From a virus (lineage: Duplodnaviria; Heunggongvirae; Uroviricota; Caudoviricetes): a stretch of DNA of 17,712 bases. A model generated the notes under the pieces. It was given only the letters and a program-made list of their open reading frames with translations. It was not told the origin of the DNA and made no database searches. The DNA is taken from the IMG/VR virus record IMGVR_UViG_2537561977_000021, positions 1-17,712 of that record. One strand, written 5' to 3'. A program made the translations under genes and the position numbers. Shown here piece by piece: positions 14,126 to 17,712 of the stretch; position 1 is the stretch's first letter; each line of letters starts with the position of its first letter.

Positions 14126-16426
14126 ATGGATGACAACGATTATGATGAAGACGACTTTAAAAAACCCGTCCGCGTCAATTTGCCCGTTGTTGACGACCTT
14201 CCGCCAGAAGGCGTGTTTGATACTGAATTCTGCAACCGCTATGAAAAAGGCGGGAAAGATGGCATCACAATGACATTTATCGGCCCTTCCCCCTCTGTTC
14301 AGGACAAACCAGCCAGCACTGACAATACCAACATCAACGGCGAAGACATGACTGAGATTGAGGAGAGCATGCTTCTGCCTGTCTCCGGTCAGGAACTGCC
14401 CATTCGTTGGCTTGCTCAACACGGCAGCGAAAAACCAGTAACGCACGTTTCACGCGACGAACTCCAGGCATTACACATTGCACGGGCTGAAGAACTACCG
14501 GCTGTTACTGCCCTGGCTATTTCGCATAAAACCAGTCTGCTCGACTCGCTGGAGATTCGCGACCTCCACAAACTGGTTCGTGACACTGACAAAGTTTTCC
14601 CTAATCCTGGTAATTCAGACCTGGGACTAATAACTGCTTTTTTCGAAGCATACCTAGACGCTGACTACACTGATCGGGGTCTGCTGACAAAAGAGTGGAT
14701 GAAAGGAAATCGTGTTTCACGCATCACCCGCACGGCTTCCGGTGCTAATGCTGGTGGTGGGAACAAAACCGATCGCAATCCGAATTTAGTACACACCCTC
14801 GACACACTGGATGTGGAGATTGCAGCAGCCACACTTCCGATGGATTTTAATATTTATGAAATTCCGGGCAGCGTTTATCGTCGCGCAAAAGAAGTAGTCC
14901 TGAAAAAAGAAAGTCCGTTCAAAGAATGGTCCGCAGCACTTCGTGCAACCCCGGGTATTCTGGACTATTCCCGCGCCGCTATTTTTGCACTTATCCGAAG
15001 CGCACACCCTGAATTTTATCACTACCCGGGACGCCTTCAGGGGTATATCAACGCCTATTTGACGGAAACTGATCACGAGAACCCCAGCAAGGAAACTCTC
15101 ACAGCTGCCCGGCATACGCCGGAAAAAGATATCCTGGAAGAAATTAACCGCGAGGTGGTTACTGAGCGTGAAACAGAAGAAGAAAAACCACAACCATCTG
15201 ACGCAATGGCAGGTGAACAGGCAACAACTGAAACAATGGAACCGGATACAACTGAACATTGCCAGAACGCGCAGTCGCTGGATGCTCAGTCGCAGGTGAG
15301 TTCCGCTAACCAAGTAAAAGTCACCGCTGACGAAGTAAACAAAATTATGCAGGCAGCCAATATCAGCCAGCCTGACGCCGATAAGTTACTTGCTGTATCG
15401 CGTGGTGAATTTGTTGAGGGGATTAGCGACCCTAATGATCCGAAATGGGTCAAGGGGATCCAGACTCGCGATTCTGTGAACCAGAACCAGCATGAATCGG
15501 AACGGAACGACCAAAAAGCGGAACAAAACAGCCCAAATGCGTTACAAAACGAGCCAGAAACGAAACAATCCGAACCAGTAGCGCAACAGGAACCGGAAAA
15601 AGTCTGCACCGCCTGCGGTCAGAGCGGTGGCGGCAACTGCCCTGATTGTGGCGCGGTGATGGGCGACGCAACATACCAGGAAACATTCGATGAAGAGAAT
15701 CAGGTTGAAGTTCAGGAAAATGATCCGGAAGAAATGGAAGGCGCTGAACATCCACACAAGGAGAACCCTGGCGGCAATCAGCATCACGCCAGCGATAATA
15801 AAACTGGCGAGGCGACAGATCCCTTAATTAAGGTGAATGGTCATCATAAGCTCACATCCACCAGCAGAGCGGGGATTCATCTGATGATCGACCTTGAAAC
15901 CATGGGAAAAAATCCCGATGCCCCGATTATCTCAATAGGCGCAATATTTTTCGATCCACAAACCGGAGATATGGGACCGGAATTTAGCAAGACCATCGAT
16001 CTGGATACTGCTGGCGGAGTCATTGATCGTGACGTCATTAAATGGTGGCTGAAGCAATCACGTGAAGCGCAGTCTGCCATTATGACCGATGAAATCCCGT
16101 TAGATGATGCACTACTGCAATTGCGGGAATTTATCGACGAAAACTCCGGTGAATTTTTTGTTCAGGTCTGGGGTAATGGGGCCAACTTCGACAACGTGAT
16201 TTTACGCCGTTCATACGAACGACAGGGTATCCCCTGCCCGTGGCGCTACTGCAACGATCGCGATGTACGCACAATCGTTGAGCTGGGGAAAGCCATAGAC
16301 TTCGATGCCAGAACTGCTATCCCATTCGAAGGTGAGCGCCATAATGCACTTGATGACGCTCGTTACCAGGCAAAATACGTTTCAGCTATCTGGCAAAAAC
16401 TGATCCCGAGTCAGGCTGATTTTTAA
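14126..16426 (+). CDS. large prophage exonuclease: acidic N-terminal region, central Cys-rich zinc-ribbon-like motif, C-terminal DEDDh (DnaQ-like) 3'-5' exonuclease domain
   Basis: 766-aa ORF. C-terminal motifs IDLETMG (Exo I), WGNGANFD (Exo II), HNALDDARYQAKY (Exo III, DEDDh); CTACGQSGGGNCPDCG in the middle. The true N-terminus may lie in the overlapping -1 frame ORF 13986-14273, which has GAGG 10 nt upstream. Confidence 0.75.
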   Translation: MDDNDYDEDDFKKPVRVNLPVVDDLPPEGVFDTEFCNRYEKGGKDGITMTFIGPSPSVQDKPASTDNTNINGEDMTEIEESMLLPVSGQELPIRWLAQHGSEKPVTHVSRDELQALHIARAEELPAVTALAISHKTSLLDSLEIRDLHKLVRDTDKVFPNPGNSDLGLITAFFEAYLDADYTDRGLLTKEWMKGNRVSRITRTASGANAGGGNKTDRNPNLVHTLDTLDVEIAAATLPMDFNIYEIPGSVYRRAKEVVLKKESPFKEWSAALRATPGILDYSRAAIFALIRSAHPEFYHYPGRLQGYINAYLTETDHENPSKETLTAARHTPEKDILEEINREVVTERETEEEKPQPSDAMAGEQATTETMEPDTTEHCQNAQSLDAQSQVSSANQVKVTADEVNKIMQAANISQPDADKLLAVSRGEFVEGISDPNDPKWVKGIQTRDSVNQNQHESERNDQKAEQNSPNALQNEPETKQSEPVAQQEPEKVCTACGQSGGGNCPDCGAVMGDATYQETFDEENQVEVQENDPEEMEGAEHPHKENPGGNQHHASDNKTGEATDPLIKVNGHHKLTSTSRAGIHLMIDLETMGKNPDAPIISIGAIFFDPQTGDMGPEFSKTIDLDTAGGVIDRDVIKWWLKQSREAQSAIMTDEIPLDDALLQLREFIDENSGEFFVQVWGNGANFDNVILRRSYERQGIPCPWRYCNDRDVRTIVELGKAIDFDARTAIPFEGERHNALDDARYQAKYVSAIWQKLIPSQADF

Positions 16427-16441
16427 TGTTCAACCCTAATT

Positions 16442-16467
16442 GCCGCTAACCGTATATAGTTAGCGGC
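16442..16467. promoter_or_regulatory. perfect 9-bp-stem inverted repeat (GCCGCTAAC-N8-GTTAGCGGC) upstream of xis-int
   Basis: Read directly; no adjacent T-tract on either strand, so more likely a protein-binding or regulatory site than a terminator. Confidence 0.4.
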
Positions 16468-16484
16468 GGTTATGAGATATAGCT

Positions 16485-16688
16485 ATGAGCAGCTTATTTT
16501 TAACCGAAGATGAATTGCTAATATTAACGGGCTGCAAATATGCAAGCCACCAGCGAAAATGGTTAATGGAAAACGGGCTTCCGTTCTATACCAATCGTAG
16601 TGGCAAACCGATTGTCAGCCGGGATCTATTTACCTGCAATAAAACTTTACCACCACGCGAGGTAGAGCCGAATTTTGGTGCGATCTGA
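16485..16688 (+). CDS. excisionase-like protein (DUF4224-like) upstream of integrase
   Basis: 67 aa starting MSSLFLTEDELLILTGCKYASHQRKWLMENGLPFYTNRSGKPIV..., typical of DUF4224 excisionase-like proteins as recalled. Stop overlaps the int start (TGATG). Confidence 0.65.
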   Translation: MSSLFLTEDELLILTGCKYASHQRKWLMENGLPFYTNRSGKPIVSRDLFTCNKTLPPREVEPNFGAI

Positions 16689-17712
16689 TGGGAAGACGAA
16701 GGAAAAATCCTGAACACGAAAAATTACCTCCAAATGTATACCCAAATAAATATAGTTATGTATGGAAACCAACATCCAGAGAATCTGTCACACTAACCGC
16801 CATCAAGGATGGTTTAGCTGCTTTATGGAAAAAGTATGAGGAAACTGTAAATAATCGCGATCGTGCAATGACATTCGGTCGCTTGTGGGAAAAATTCCTC
16901 GCCAGCGCCTATTACAGTGACCTTAGTCCAAGAACACAAAAAGATTATCTGCAACATCAAAAAAAGTTGCTTGCCGTATTCGGTAAGGTACCAGCGGATT
17001 CCATAAAACCAGAACACATCCGTCGATACATGGACAAAAGAGGGGAGCAGAGTAAAACGCAAGCCAACCATGAAAAAAGCAGTATGTCCCGTGTTTACAG
17101 TTGGGGGTATGAGCGAGGGTACGTGAAGGCTAACCCATGTGCAGGTGTAAGTAAATTCAAGGCCAAAAACCGCGAACGATATGTAACCGACAAAGAATAC
17201 CAGGCAGTATTAAGCGTTGCACCTCTTCCTGTTTTTATCGCAATGGAAATTGCCTATCTGTGTGCAGCGAGGGTTTCCGATGTGTTATCGCTGAAATGGG
17301 AACAGATTGGAAACGACGGGATATTCATCCAGCAAGGGAAAACCGGAAAAAACAGATAAAAGCATGGAGTCCACGATTACAGGCAGCGATCGAAAAAGCA
17401 AAACAGTTACCAAAATCTGCCTATGTGATCAGCAATCAATACGGCAACCGATATATGTACAAAGGCTTTAACGAAATGTGGGTAGATGCAAGAAATCGTG
17501 CTGGAAAAATTTCAGGTATTTTAACCGACTTCACCTTTCATGATCTGAAGGCGAAAGGAATTTCAGACTATGAAGGAAGCAGCCGGGATAAGCAACTTTT
17601 CTCTGGTCACAAAACCGAAGGGCAAGTGCTAATCTATGACAGGAAGGTTAAAGTTTCACCAACACTTGATGTCCCGTTACCTGAAAATATTCCAAGAAAA
17701 TATTCCAAGTAA
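16688..17712 (+). pseudogene. lambda-family tyrosine integrase, disrupted by a frameshift in an A6 tract
   Basis: The N-terminal ORF 16688-17359 (MGRRRKNPEHEKLPPNVY...GKTGKNR*) and C-terminal ORF 17260-17712 (...FHDLKAKG...GHKTEGQVLIYDRK, catalytic His/Tyr region) lie in adjacent frames that switch at AAAAAA 17347-17352. An A7 would give the continuous ...GKTGKKQIKAWSP.... Confidence 0.8.

Noticed and set aside
14786-16080. Minus-strand ORFs 14786-15313, 15286-15609, 15450-15755, 15542-15787 and 15877-16080 inside the exonuclease gene
   Set aside because: They are antisense to a 766-aa ORF with clear DEDDh motifs and have Cys/Phe-rich low-complexity translations.

Overview
This window is most of a lambdoid cryptic prophage of the Qin/Rac type, from an E. 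coli/Shigella-like genome, with two IS insertions and several apparently inactivated genes. The map is lambda-like but flipped. Minus-strand genes run leftward from a Cro-like gene: YdaS/Cro-like, YdaT-like, a replication protein with internal 11-bp iterons, a nin-like block including DUF4406, then hokD, rem-like, a DUF968 (YdfU-like) gene and rusA. Plus-strand genes run rightward from the repressor: a PaaR-like repressor with a PaaA-like antitoxin and ParE toxin, a ydfA-like small gene, an AT-rich moron, a DicF-like sRNA, Rha, dicB, ydfD, a large DEDDh exonuclease, a Xis-like gene and a frameshifted integrase. IS600 (2277-3540) sits just upstream of the hokD promoter, and an IS10-like element (11026-12319) with an amber-inactivated transposase sits just upstream of the DicF-like sRNA. 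No tRNA, rRNA or CRISPR array was seen. All calls rest on reading the sequence and on recalled family features; no database search was run.
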